Positions 8,637 through 17,569 of a DNA stretch of 32,000 bases are shown in pieces. Position numbers and translations under genes: made by a program. The stretch covers positions 1 to 32,000 of the forward strand of contig NZ_JBHSTI010000009.1 of the NCBI RefSeq assembly GCF_042660085.1, in the 5' to 3' direction. The notes under the pieces were generated by a model. That model was given only the letters and a program-made list of their open reading frames with translations. It had not been told where the DNA came from and made no database searches. How positions within the stretch are numbered: the stretch's first letter is position 1; each line of letters starts with the position of its first letter. The DNA comes from Longivirga aurantiaca (GTDB lineage: Bacteria > Actinomycetota > Actinomycetes > S36-B12 > CAIYMF01).

Positions 8637-9491
8637 ATGAGCGGTCAGCTCGACGGCAAGGTGGCGATCGTCACCGGCGGCGCGAGCGGCATCGGCGAGG
8701 GCACCGTAGAGCTGTTCGTCGAGCATGGTGCCCAGGTGGTGATCGCCGACGTCTCCGCCGATGCGGGCAAGGCCCTGGCCGCCCGCCTCGGCGACGCGGC
8801 TCACTTCGTCCGGACCGACGTGACGGAGTCCGACCAGGTCGAGGCTGCGGTCGCGGCCGCGGTCGAGCGGTTCGGTCGACTCGACGTGATGTACAACAAC
8901 GCGGCGTCGGGGGGCGACACGTCGTCGCTCCTCGACCTGTCGCCCGAAGGTCTGGACTCCACGCTGCGTCTCGTGGTGGCCTCGGTCGTGTACGGGCACC
9001 GCTTCGCAGCGAAGCAGTTCATCGCGCAGGGCACGCCGGGGTCGATCATCACCACCGCCAGCGGTGCGTCCTTCGCGGGAGGGTGGTCCGCTGCGGCGTA
9101 CACGATCGGCAAGCATGCGGTGGTCGGAGTCGTCCGGCAGGCGGCGTACGAGCTGGGGCAGTACGGCATCCGCAGCAACGCTGTCGCACCCGGCATGACC
9201 ATGACGCCGATCATGGTGAAGTACTTCGGCCTCCCGGACGAGCTCGCACCGGAGTTCATTGACTACGTCGCCGACGCGCTGAAGGACCAGCAGCCGCTGG
9301 GCCGCGTGGGTCGGCCCAGGGATATCGCCCAGGCCGCGCTGTTCCTCGCGAGTGACTCATCCGCCTTCATGACGGGGACTGTGATCCCCGTTGACGGCGG
9401 CATGGTCGCCGTCACCCAGAGCACCCTCATCCCGAGCCTGGCGGCTGCGGCCGGCTCGTTCGCAGACGAGCACGGCATCACTCGAGCCTGA
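8637..9491 (+). CDS. Short-chain dehydrogenase/reductase
   Basis: 284 aa from the ATG at 8637. VTGGASGIGEG, NNAASGG, TTASG...YTIGK, MTGTVIPVDGG. Confidence 0.93.
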   Translation: MSGQLDGKVAIVTGGASGIGEGTVELFVEHGAQVVIADVSADAGKALAARLGDAAHFVRTDVTESDQVEAAVAAAVERFGRLDVMYNNAASGGDTSSLLDLSPEGLDSTLRLVVASVVYGHRFAAKQFIAQGTPGSIITTASGASFAGGWSAAAYTIGKHAVVGVVRQAAYELGQYGIRSNAVAPGMTMTPIMVKYFGLPDELAPEFIDYVADALKDQQPLGRVGRPRDIAQAALFLASDSSAFMTGTVIPVDGGMVAVTQSTLIPSLAAAAGSFADEHGITRA

Positions 9492-9507
9492 CCCCCCGGA
9501 GGACCTG

Positions 9508-9822
9508 ATGGCAGCCCGCCCGCACGACATAGTCGACCTCTACCTGGCCCCGGTGGCGTTGGGCGTGGACGAGCGCCTGGCCGAACTCGCACGGCTGTCC
9601 CAGGCGGAGCTGTTCGTCCAGGTGTCCCTGAGCACCGACCGTGAGCCGGTCAGCACCGAGGAACGGCGCCGGGGACTTCTCCTGACCGTCACGCACCTGC
9701 TCGAGTTGCACGACTGGGAACCGGCCTGGGATGAGGGAGGTCGCGGGCTGCGACTCTCGCACGGTGGGCATTCGCTCACGCTCGGCATCACGCCCAACCT
9801 GCGCGAGTTCCTCGAGACCTAG
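9508..9822 (+). CDS. Small conserved-type hypothetical protein
   Basis: 104 aa from the ATG at 9508, preceded by a GGAGG-like site (ccccccggaggacctg), codirectional and close to the upstream SDR. No family recognised. Confidence 0.6.
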   Translation: MAARPHDIVDLYLAPVALGVDERLAELARLSQAELFVQVSLSTDREPVSTEERRRGLLLTVTHLLELHDWEPAWDEGGRGLRLSHGGHSLTLGITPNLREFLET

Positions 9823-9991
9823 CCGGCGGTAAGCGGCGTCATGAACCGGCGGGCGCTGATCGGGCTTTCGCCTGCAGCGTCGCCGGACCACTCAGTGCGC
9901 TGGCGAGCGGTAGCGACAATCTCAGCACAGCGTCGACTCGACATCGATGGACTCGACGCACTCCGGGCATCGCGTCCGCTCGGACCTACGA

Positions 9992-10285
9992 TCACGCCTT
10001 ACCCCGGCCGAAGAGCCGGTCCAAGACTCCGGGGGATTCGACGCCCCCGCCGACCCCGTCGAGCACGGCCCGGCAGTAGCGCGCCAGCCTGTCGGCCTCG
10101 CCCTGCTCGCGCCCTTCCGTGGCTGCAGCGAGCGCTTCTGCCACCGGAAGCAGGTCACGGATGGGGCGCTCGTTGCTTTCAAGCAGCGCCTGGTTGACAG
10201 CCTGCCATGCAGTGCGGAGGGCCGCGGAGGTCTTGCCGTCGGCCAGCTGCGCTCGGGCACGCTCCACCAACGACTGCGCGTTCAT
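9992..10285 (-). CDS. Small hypothetical protein
   Basis: 97 aa MNAQSLVERARAQLADGKTSAALRTAWQAVNQALLESNERPIRDLLPVAEALAAATEG...GVLDRLFGRGKA. Start taken as the CAT at 10283-10285. Coherent helical/charged composition. The upstream part of the long supplied ORF is read-through. Confidence 0.55.
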   Translation of the reverse strand: MNAQSLVERARAQLADGKTSAALRTAWQAVNQALLESNERPIRDLLPVAEALAAATEGREQGEADRLARYCRAVLDGVGGGVESPGVLDRLFGRGKA

Positions 10286-10414
10286 GCGCGACCTCCCTCG
10301 TCCGCTGTTGGCGTCGTTCCGGCGACGTCGTCGTCCACGCGCGTCACCGTAGCCGGAGCAGTTCGGGAGAGTGCACCGATGCAGGCTGGGACCGGTCGCC
10401 GCTAGCCTCGGTCC

Positions 10415-11362
10415 GTGCGCGCGGTCGGCCTGACGACGTTCGGTGGCCCAGACGTGCTGCGACTGCTCGACCTCCCGGAGCCCGTGCCCGGCCCCGGGGA
10501 GGTGCGCATCCGAGTCCAGGCGGCGGCGGTGACGCCCAGCGACACGCTCATCCGGGCAGGGCTGCTGGCACATCGGCTCGCGGACGAGGGCGTCGAGCCT
10601 CCGTACATCCCCGGCTGGGATGCGGCGGGGGTTGTGGACGCCGTCGGGCCAGGCGGGGACGGCCGGCTCTCGGTAGGGGACGCAGTCGTTGCGTTCGTTC
10701 GTCCGATCCATCCCTGCAAGGGCTCGTACGCCGACCTGATCGTTCGTCCGGCAGCATCGGTGGTCAGGGCCCCGTCCGGATCGGCCCACGAGGCATCGAC
10801 GCTGATCGTGAACGGCGTGACCGCCCACCTCGCGCTCGGTCTGCTCGCGCTCGAGCCCGGTCAGACGCTGGGGGTGACTGGTGCAGCGGGAGCGTTCGGC
10901 GGCTTCGTCGTCCAGCTCGCGGCGCATCGTGGGCTCGTGGTCGTCGCCGATGCAGCACCGGGCGATGTCGAGCTGGTTCGGCGCCTGGGCGCCCACCATG
11001 TGGTAGCCCGTGGACCCGCGGTGTCCGGGGCAATGAGAGCGGTAGCGCCCGACGGCGTCGACGGGCTCGTGGACGCCGCCCTGCAGAACGAGCTCGTGCT
11101 CGGGGCGGTCGTCGACGAGGGACGCGTGGTCTCGTCCCGTGGCTGGACGGGACCGGCTCCGCGGGGCATCGAGGTCCGGCCCGTCTCGGCGACCCCATCG
11201 TCGGAGGACACGGCGCTGCTGACCTCGCTCGTCGACCTCGCCGACGCCGGGGTCCTCTCACTGCGCGTCGCGGACGTCCTGCCGCTCGTGTCGGCCGCCG
11301 CGGCGCACCGCCGGCTCGAGGCAGGCGGGGTGCGCGGACGCCTCGTCCTCGACCTGGCCTGA
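10415..11362 (+). CDS. Zinc-independent MDR / NADPH:quinone oxidoreductase-like alcohol dehydrogenase family protein
   Basis: 315 aa, GTG start. MRAVGLTTFGGPDVLRLLDLPEPVPGPGEVRIRVQAAAVTPSD, NADP loop GVTGAAGAFGGFVVQLA. Confidence 0.9.
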   Translation: MRAVGLTTFGGPDVLRLLDLPEPVPGPGEVRIRVQAAAVTPSDTLIRAGLLAHRLADEGVEPPYIPGWDAAGVVDAVGPGGDGRLSVGDAVVAFVRPIHPCKGSYADLIVRPAASVVRAPSGSAHEASTLIVNGVTAHLALGLLALEPGQTLGVTGAAGAFGGFVVQLAAHRGLVVVADAAPGDVELVRRLGAHHVVARGPAVSGAMRAVAPDGVDGLVDAALQNELVLGAVVDEGRVVSSRGWTGPAPRGIEVRPVSATPSSEDTALLTSLVDLADAGVLSLRVADVLPLVSAAAAHRRLEAGGVRGRLVLDLA

Positions 11363-11429
11363 ATGGCAGGCGCCGTGGTCACCGGGGCGCGCAACGGGTA
11401 TTGTCTACCGGGCGACCGACAGACTCGGG

Positions 11430-12215
11430 ATGAGAGGCGCACACGTGACGCTCGACAAGGTCGTCGGCTCGGCTGCCGACGCCGTCGCGGACATCCCGAG
11501 CGGTGCGACGCTCGCGGTCGGTGGCTTCGGTCTGAACGGGATCCCGTCGGTGCTCATCGGTGCACTGCTCGCCGGTGGGGCGTCGGACCTGCGGGTGGTG
11601 TCGAACAACTGCGGGGTGGACGACTGGGGGCTCGGACTCCTCCTGACCGCCAGGCGGATCAGCCGCACCACGTCGTCCTATGTGGGGGAGAACAAGGAGT
11701 TCGAGCGGCAGTACCTGCACGGCGAGCTCGAGGTCGAGCTGATCCCGCAGGGCACGCTCGCCGAGCGGCTTCGTGCGGGTGGGTCGGGGATCCCGGCGTT
11801 CTTCACCCCGGCTGGTGTGGGCACGCAGGTGGCCGAGGGTGGGATGCCGTGGCGGTACGCCGCGGACGGGTCCATCGCGGTGCCGTCGCCGGCGAAGGAG
11901 ACGCGGGTGTTCGACGGCCGCGAGTACGTGCTGGAGCGGGGGATCGTGACGGACTTCGCGCTGGTGCGGGCGTCGGTGGGGGATCGGCAGGGGAACCTGG
12001 TGTTCGACAAGGCGACCCGCAACTTCAACCCGTTGGCGGCGATGGCCGGGCGGGTCACGATCGCGGAGGTCGAGCGCCTCGTCGAGCCGGGCGAGATCGA
12101 CCCGGCGCAGGTGCACCTGCCGGGGGTGTTCGTGCAGCGCGTCGTCGCCCTCACCCCGGAGCAGGCCGCCGACAAGCGCATCGAGCGCCGCACAGTCAGC
12201 GACGGGGCGCTATGA
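11430..12215 (+). CDS. CoA-transferase subunit A (3-oxoacid CoA-transferase family)
   Basis: GGFGLNGIPSVLIGAL, SNNCGVDDWGLGLLL, SYVGENKEFERQYLHGELEVELIPQGTLAERLRAGGSGIPAFFTPAG. An in-frame GTG at 11445 is an alternative start. Confidence 0.93.
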   Translation: MRGAHVTLDKVVGSAADAVADIPSGATLAVGGFGLNGIPSVLIGALLAGGASDLRVVSNNCGVDDWGLGLLLTARRISRTTSSYVGENKEFERQYLHGELEVELIPQGTLAERLRAGGSGIPAFFTPAGVGTQVAEGGMPWRYAADGSIAVPSPAKETRVFDGREYVLERGIVTDFALVRASVGDRQGNLVFDKATRNFNPLAAMAGRVTIAEVERLVEPGEIDPAQVHLPGVFVQRVVALTPEQAADKRIERRTVSDGAL

Positions 12216-12340
12216 ACCGCAGCCGATTGCACGAACCGGAATCACCGGTCGACGTGGAGGAGATCGAGATCGCCGAGTGGATCCACAGAGTTCAGCAGTG
12301 GCGATACGCCTTGGTCGAAGCCGACACGAAGGAGGCCTGA
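12212..12340 (+). CDS. 42-aa small ORF between the CoA-transferase subunits
   Basis: MNRSRLHEPESPVDVEEIEIAEWIHRVQQWRYALVEADTKEA*. ATG overlaps the subunit A stop by 4 nt (ATGA) and the stop lies 3 nt before the subunit B ATG. Confidence 0.5.
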   Translation: MNRSRLHEPESPVDVEEIEIAEWIHRVQQWRYALVEADTKEA

Positions 12341-12343
12341 GCC

Positions 12344-12994
12344 ATGGCTCTGACCCGTGACGAGCTCGCCGCCCGCGTGGCGACGGAGCTGCGCGACGGC
12401 CAGTACGTGAACCTGGGCATCGGCCTGCCGACCCTGGTGCCCCAGCACATGCCGGCGGGGGTGACGGTGGTCCTGCAGTCCGAGAACGGCATCCTCGGCA
12501 CCGGTCCGTACCCGAGCGACGACCAGGTCGACGCCGATCTGATCAACGCGGGCAAGGAGACCGTCACGGTCTTGCCGGGCGCGTCGTTCTTCGATTCCGC
12601 CACCAGCTTCGGGATGATCCGCGGCGGCCACATCGACGCCGCGATCCTCGGCGCGATGCAGGTCTCCGCGGCCGGCGACATCGCGAACTGGATGATCCCG
12701 GGGAAGATGGTCAAGGGCATGGGTGGCGCGATGGACCTGGTCCACGGCGCCAAGCGGGTGATCGTGATGATGGAGCACGTCGCCAAGGACGGCACCCACA
12801 AGATCGTCGACGAATGCACCCTGCCGCTGACCGGCAAGGGTGTGGTGGACCGGATCATCACCGACCTCGCCGTCATCGACGTGACCCCCGACGGCCTCGT
12901 GCTGGTCGAGACCGCACCCGGCGTCAGCGGCGACGAGGTCCACGCCGCGACCGGGCCGACGCTGATCGTGGCGCTGAGCGGGGTGGCGTCGTGA
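12344..12994 (+). CDS. CoA-transferase subunit B (3-oxoacid CoA-transferase family)
   Basis: 216 aa. [36 protein letters not shown] contains the SENG catalytic Glu motif. [39 protein letters not shown]. Confidence 0.95.
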   Translation: MALTRDELAARVATELRDGQYVNLGIGLPTLVPQHMPAGVTVVLQSENGILGTGPYPSDDQVDADLINAGKETVTVLPGASFFDSATSFGMIRGGHIDAAILGAMQVSAAGDIANWMIPGKMVKGMGGAMDLVHGAKRVIVMMEHVAKDGTHKIVDECTLPLTGKGVVDRIITDLAVIDVTPDGLVLVETAPGVSGDEVHAATGPTLIVALSGVAS

Positions 12995-13476
12995 CCTCCG
13001 ACGAGCCGCGTCGGGTGCTGCAGCGGGGGCTGTGGTTCGAGGAGATGGAGGTCGGCACCATCTACGACCATCGGCCGGGGCGGACGGTGACCGAGGCCGA
13101 CAACGTGCTGTTCACGACGTTGACGATGAACACGCAGCCGCTGCACCTGGACCAGGCCGCCAGCGAGCAGCTGCCCCCCTTCCACGACCGGCTGGTCAAC
13201 TCGATGTTCACGCTCTCCACGCTGGTCGGCCTGTCGGTCGCCCAGCTGACGCAGGGGACGATCGTGGCCAACCTCGGGTTCTCCGACATCGCGTTCCCGC
13301 ACCCGGTGCGTCACGGCGACACGATCTACGCCGAGACCCTCGTGCTCGACAAGCGTGAGTCCTCCAGCCGGCCGGGTGAGGGGGTGGTGACCTTCGAGCA
13401 CACCGCCCGCAACCAGCACGGCGACGTCGTGGCCACCGCGACCCGCAAGACCCTCGTCAGGATGGCGCCGGCATGA
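12991..13476 (+). CDS. MaoC-family (hotdog) dehydratase/hydratase
   Basis: 161 aa, GTG start overlapping the previous stop. [44 protein letters not shown]. Confidence 0.88.
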   Translation: MTSDEPRRVLQRGLWFEEMEVGTIYDHRPGRTVTEADNVLFTTLTMNTQPLHLDQAASEQLPPFHDRLVNSMFTLSTLVGLSVAQLTQGTIVANLGFSDIAFPHPVRHGDTIYAETLVLDKRESSSRPGEGVVTFEHTARNQHGDVVATATRKTLVRMAPA

Positions 13477-14300
13477 GCTGGAACCCCGGGCCCGCGTGGC
13501 TGTTCTGCCCCGCCGACCGACCCGACCGCTACCTCAAGGCCCTGGCCGTAGCCGACGTCGTCATCCTCGACCTTGAGGACGCCGTCGCCCCCACCCACAA
13601 GCCGGCCGCCCGCCACACGGTGAAGTCCCTGGCAGAGGCCGGGACACTCGATCTCGAGCGCACGGTCGTGCGCGTGAACGGCGCCTCGACTCCCGACCAC
13701 CCGCGCGACGTCGAGGTGCTGCGCGCGGCTGGTGTCCGCGTCGTGATGGTGGCGAAGTGCGAGGGTCCCGGCGACCTGTCGGCGCTCAGGGACCTGAAGC
13801 TCATCCCACTGCTCGAGTCCGTCCACGGCATCACGCGGGCGGGGGAGATCGCCTCGGCCGCCGGCGTTGCCGCCGTCATGTGGGGGGCGGACGACCTCGT
13901 CGCCGACCTGGGCGGCTCGTCCAGTCGGCATGGCGACGGCGGCTATCGCGACGTCGCCCGCCATGCGCGCAGCGTCTCGCTCCTCGCCGCGAAGGCGGCC
14001 GGACACCTCGCGATCGATGCGGTGTTCATGGACATCCCGGATCTCGACGGCCTCCGCAGCCAGTGCGAGGACGCCGTGGCGGTGGGATTCGACGTCACCG
14101 TCGCCATCCACCCCTCGCAGGTGCCGGTCATCCGCGCTGCCTTCGCGCCGACTCCGCAGGAGATCGAGCAGGCGCGTCGCCTGCTCGAGGCCTCGGCCGG
14201 CGGCGGAGTGACCACGTTCGACGGACGCATGGTCGACGGCCCGATCATCAAGCAGGCAGAACGAGTGCTCATTCGAGCAGAATCCGAGGGACGACTATGA
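13473..14300 (+). CDS. HpcH/HpaI aldolase / citrate lyase beta (CitE)-like acyl-CoA lyase
   Basis: 275 aa. [48 protein letters not shown]. Confidence 0.93.
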   Translation: MSWNPGPAWLFCPADRPDRYLKALAVADVVILDLEDAVAPTHKPAARHTVKSLAEAGTLDLERTVVRVNGASTPDHPRDVEVLRAAGVRVVMVAKCEGPGDLSALRDLKLIPLLESVHGITRAGEIASAAGVAAVMWGADDLVADLGGSSSRHGDGGYRDVARHARSVSLLAAKAAGHLAIDAVFMDIPDLDGLRSQCEDAVAVGFDVTVAIHPSQVPVIRAAFAPTPQEIEQARRLLEASAGGGVTTFDGRMVDGPIIKQAERVLIRAESEGRL

Positions 14301-15151
14301 CAGCCACGAAGCCCAGCAGTTCCGAGGAGACCGCGGCCACGCCGGTCGAGCCGACGAGCCCCCAGTCGCTCGCGGTCCTCGCCGACGGCTCCCTGTCTGG
14401 TCGGACCGCGCTGGTGACCGGAGGAGGAAGCGGGATCGGACGGGCGAGCGCGCTGCTCATGGCGAGGCTCGGTGCGCGGGTCCTGGTCGTCGGGCGCAAC
14501 GCGGAGTCACTCGAGGAAACGGCGCGCAGGGCGTCCGTCGCCGGTTACACCGGAGCCGTGTCGCTCATGGCCAGCGACATCCGCGAGCCGGAGAACGTCG
14601 ATGCGGTCCTGGACGCCGTGGCGGCCGACCTCGGTCGCCTCGACATCCTCGTCAACAATGCCGGCGGCCAGTTCGTGTCGGCTGCGGAGTCGCTGTCGTA
14701 CAAGGGGTTCCGGGCCGTGACGCGGCTCAACCTCGACGCCACCTGGTACCTCACCGTGCGCGCGGCCGAGCGCTTCATGCTCCCGGCTGGCTACGGGAAG
14801 GTCATCAGCATCGTCATGTCGCCCCAGCGGGGCATCCCCGGTATGGCGCACTCGTCGGCCGCACGGTCGGCGATCGAGTCGCTCATGCGAACGCTGGCGG
14901 TCGAGTGGGGGCCACGCGGCGTCCGGACCGTGGCGATCGCGCCGGGCTTCGTGCACACCGAGGCGTTGACCCGGTACGGCGTGGACATCGCCGGCCTGGC
15001 TCGGACCGCTCCGCTCCGCCGGGTCGAGTCGGCCGACGAGGTCGCGGCCCTGATCGCGTTCGTCGCGTCCGTGGCGGGCGACTACATCACCGGAACGACT
15101 CTGGTGGCCGACGGCGGCCTGAACACCGCAGCGCCAGGCGCCGTCGACTGA
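14297..15151 (+). CDS. SDR-fold protein resembling peroxisomal trans-2-enoyl-CoA / 2,4-dienoyl-CoA reductases
   Basis: 284 aa from the ATG at 14297. LVTGGGSGIGRA, NNAGGQF, MSPQRGIPGMAHSSAARSAIESLMRTLAVEWGPRGVR. Lacks the classical YxxxK and has the HSxAAR signature seen in DECR/PECR. Confidence 0.85.
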   Translation: MTATKPSSSEETAATPVEPTSPQSLAVLADGSLSGRTALVTGGGSGIGRASALLMARLGARVLVVGRNAESLEETARRASVAGYTGAVSLMASDIREPENVDAVLDAVAADLGRLDILVNNAGGQFVSAAESLSYKGFRAVTRLNLDATWYLTVRAAERFMLPAGYGKVISIVMSPQRGIPGMAHSSAARSAIESLMRTLAVEWGPRGVRTVAIAPGFVHTEALTRYGVDIAGLARTAPLRRVESADEVAALIAFVASVAGDYITGTTLVADGGLNTAAPGAVD

Positions 15152-15218
15152 TCCCAGCGCCACCGCCCGATCGACCGACGCCTGTCCGATGTGACCACGA
15201 GGAAGGAGCACGACGAGC

Positions 15219-15875
15219 ATGCACGCCGAGCAGCTCGCCGTCCTCCTCGGCGCGGCAGGGGCGATGTTCTCGCTGTCTATGGTCCTGCCGCAGGCACTCA
15301 CCATCTGGCGCGACCGGTCGTACGTCGGCGTCTCGCTCGGTTCGTGGCTCCTGCTCACGCTGACAGCGTCCACCTGGGCCGGCTTCGCGCTGCGGACGGA
15401 GAACGTGGCGCTGGGCGTCGGCAACACCACGTTCCTGCTCGCATGTTGGTGGGTCCTGGTCGCTACCCTGCGCGCCGACGGCTACCCGACGCCCCGGACC
15501 CCGCTGATGGTCGTCCTCGTCCTCGCCGGCGACTCGATCGCTTTCCTGACCGGCCTCGCGGCGCCGCTGGGCCTGGTGGTGGTAGCCGGAGTCGCGTCGT
15601 CGCTCGTTCGGATCCCCCAGGTGGTGCGGTCGTGCCAGACCTGGCAGGCCGCCAGCCCGTCGGAGGTCTCGCGCACGAGCCTGTGGATCGGCTTCGCGGG
15701 CAACTGCAGCTGGACCCTCCACGGCGTCATGCGCGGCGATCCGTTCGTCACGCTGTCGGCCGCGGTCGGGACGGCCGTCGCAGCCACCGTCATCGCGTTC
15801 GAGCTCGCAGCACTCAGGCGGCGCGCCGCGCTGCCGACGTCCCTCGCAGCACAACCGGAGCGTGACGCCGTATGA
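15219..15875 (+). CDS. PQ-loop (SWEET/SemiSWEET-like) membrane protein with two PQ motifs
   Basis: 218 aa with about six to seven hydrophobic segments. VLPQALTIWRDRSYVGVSLGSWLLL and a second VRIPQVVRSCQ...VSRTSLWIGFAGNCSWTLHG, i.e. two tandem PQ-loop units. Confidence 0.72.
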   Translation: MHAEQLAVLLGAAGAMFSLSMVLPQALTIWRDRSYVGVSLGSWLLLTLTASTWAGFALRTENVALGVGNTTFLLACWWVLVATLRADGYPTPRTPLMVVLVLAGDSIAFLTGLAAPLGLVVVAGVASSLVRIPQVVRSCQTWQAASPSEVSRTSLWIGFAGNCSWTLHGVMRGDPFVTLSAAVGTAVAATVIAFELAALRRRAALPTSLAAQPERDAV

Positions 15876-16279
15876 CCGCGACCATGTCGGATGCCGCGCG
15901 AGAGCTCTTCGCCCACCGCGAGTACGTGACCCTGGCGACGATCGAGGCCGACGGGCAGCCGCACCTGTCGGTCGTGTGGGCGACTCTCGACGGCGACGAC
16001 ATCCTCGTGTCGACGGTCGAGGGACGGCGCAAGCACGTCAACCTCGTGCGCGACCCCCGCGCGACCGTCCTCCTCATGCCGCACGGACGGCCCTGGATCT
16101 ACCTCGAGGTCCGAGGCCACGTGACCATGACCCGAGAGGGAGGACGCGAGCTGATCGAGACTCTGTCGCGCAAGTACACCCAGGACGATCGCTACTCCTT
16201 CGACGACGGCACAGACAACGTCCGTGTCGTCGTGCGCATCACGCCGTACAAGGTCATCGAGTACGACGGGCTGGCCTGA
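15872..16279 (+). CDS. PPOX-class (FMN/F420-binding split-barrel) oxidoreductase
   Basis: 135 aa. EYVTLATIEADGQPHLSVVWATLDGDDILVSTVEGRRKHVNLVRDPRATVLLM is typical of PPOX-class F420-dependent proteins. Confidence 0.9.
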   Translation: MTATMSDAARELFAHREYVTLATIEADGQPHLSVVWATLDGDDILVSTVEGRRKHVNLVRDPRATVLLMPHGRPWIYLEVRGHVTMTREGGRELIETLSRKYTQDDRYSFDDGTDNVRVVVRITPYKVIEYDGLA

Positions 16280-16285
16280 ACGGCG

Positions 16286-17524
16286 TCACACCCTGGCGCT
16301 GCCGGGCAGGTCGAGGTCGAGTCCCTGGATCGAGTGCCCCATGCGGTCGCGCTTGGTCCTGAGGTAGCGCAGGTTCTCCGGCCCCGGGGCCGACGAGATC
16401 GGCACCTGCTCGGAGATGGTGAGCCCATAGCCCTCGAGGCCGCCGCGCTTGAGCGGGTTGTTCGACAGCAGCCGGATCGACGTGAGGCCGAGGTCCACCA
16501 GGATCTGCGCACCTACGCCGTACTCCCGCGAGTCCACCGGGAGGCCGAGCGCGAGATTCGCGTCGATCGTGTCGGCGCCGGCGTCCTGGAGCTCGTAGGC
16601 GTGCAGCTTGGCGGCGATGCCGATCCCGCGGCCCTCGTGGCCGCGCAGGTAGACCACGACCCCGTGACCCTCCTCGGCGACCTTCTGCATGGCCGTGCGC
16701 AACTGGTGGCCGCAGTCGCAGCGCTCGGAGCTGAAGATGTCGCCGGTGAGGCACTCGCTGTGCACGCGGACCAGCGGGGACGCTTGACCGGCGGGGTCGC
16801 CCATCACGAATGCCAGATGCGTGAGGCCGTCGACCTTGCTCTCGTACGAGTGGCACGTGAACTCGCCCCACGGCGTCGGGATCCGTCCCTGCGCGGTGTG
16901 GCGGACGAGCTGCTCGGACGAGCGCCGGTGCCGGATCAGGTCCGCGATGGTGATCATCAGCAGCCCGTGCTCGGAGGCGAACTGCTCGAGCTCCGGCCTG
17001 CGTGCCATGCCCGTGCCCTCGCGGCTCAGGATCTCGCAGATGACTCCGACCGGCTCGAGGCCGGCCATCCGTGCGAGGTCGACCGCCGCCTCGGTGTGGC
17101 CCGCGCGCTGCAGAACGCCGCCCGGACGGGCCCGCAGCACGTTCATGTGCCCTGGCCTCAGGAGGTCGTCCGGCGTCGTGCCTGGTGCCGCGAGCACGCG
17201 CGCCGTGGCGGCACGGTCCGCCGCCGAGATCCCTGTGGTGGTGAGGTCGCGCGCGTCCACCGTGACGGTGAAGGCGGTCCGCTCGCTCTCGTTGTTGTTC
17301 TCGACCATGAGCGGGAGGCCGAGCGCGTCCGCCCGCTCTGACGTGACGGCGGTGCACACCAGCCCCGAGGCCTCCCGCACGATGAAGCGCATCAGCTCCG
17401 GCGCGACGTGCTCCGCGGCGATGACGATGTCGCCCTCGTTCTCACGGTCCTCGTCGTCGACGACGACGAGCATCTGTCCGCGTCGCAGTGCATCGACCGC
17501 GTCGGGGATGGTGGCGAACGTCAT
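16286..17524 (-). CDS. ribBA: Bifunctional 3,4-dihydroxy-2-butanone-4-phosphate synthase / GTP cyclohydrolase II
   Basis: 412 aa. DHBPS motif DDEDRENEGD, GCHII zinc motif ECLTGDIFSSERCDCG, YLRGHEGRGIGI. Confidence 0.97.
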   Translation of the reverse strand: MTFATIPDAVDALRRGQMLVVVDDEDRENEGDIVIAAEHVAPELMRFIVREASGLVCTAVTSERADALGLPLMVENNNESERTAFTVTVDARDLTTTGISAADRAATARVLAAPGTTPDDLLRPGHMNVLRARPGGVLQRAGHTEAAVDLARMAGLEPVGVICEILSREGTGMARRPELEQFASEHGLLMITIADLIRHRRSSEQLVRHTAQGRIPTPWGEFTCHSYESKVDGLTHLAFVMGDPAGQASPLVRVHSECLTGDIFSSERCDCGHQLRTAMQKVAEEGHGVVVYLRGHEGRGIGIAAKLHAYELQDAGADTIDANLALGLPVDSREYGVGAQILVDLGLTSIRLLSNNPLKRGGLEGYGLTISEQVPISSAPGPENLRYLRTKRDRMGHSIQGLDLDLPGSARV

Positions 17525-17569
17525 GGGTCCTGCCTCTACTCGGGGTTGGGCGAGCTCGCGGGCGGCTGT

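Noticed and set aside
11430-12994. Assignment of the CoA-transferase pair as IpdAB (steroid C/D-ring cleavage)
   Set aside because: Subunit B carries the classic [16 protein letters not shown] motif and both subunits have ordinary SCOT lengths, unlike my knowledge of IpdA/IpdB.
12292-13419. 375-aa minus-strand ORF opposite CoA-transferase B and MaoC
   Set aside because: No recognisable domain, antisense shadow of well-supported genes.
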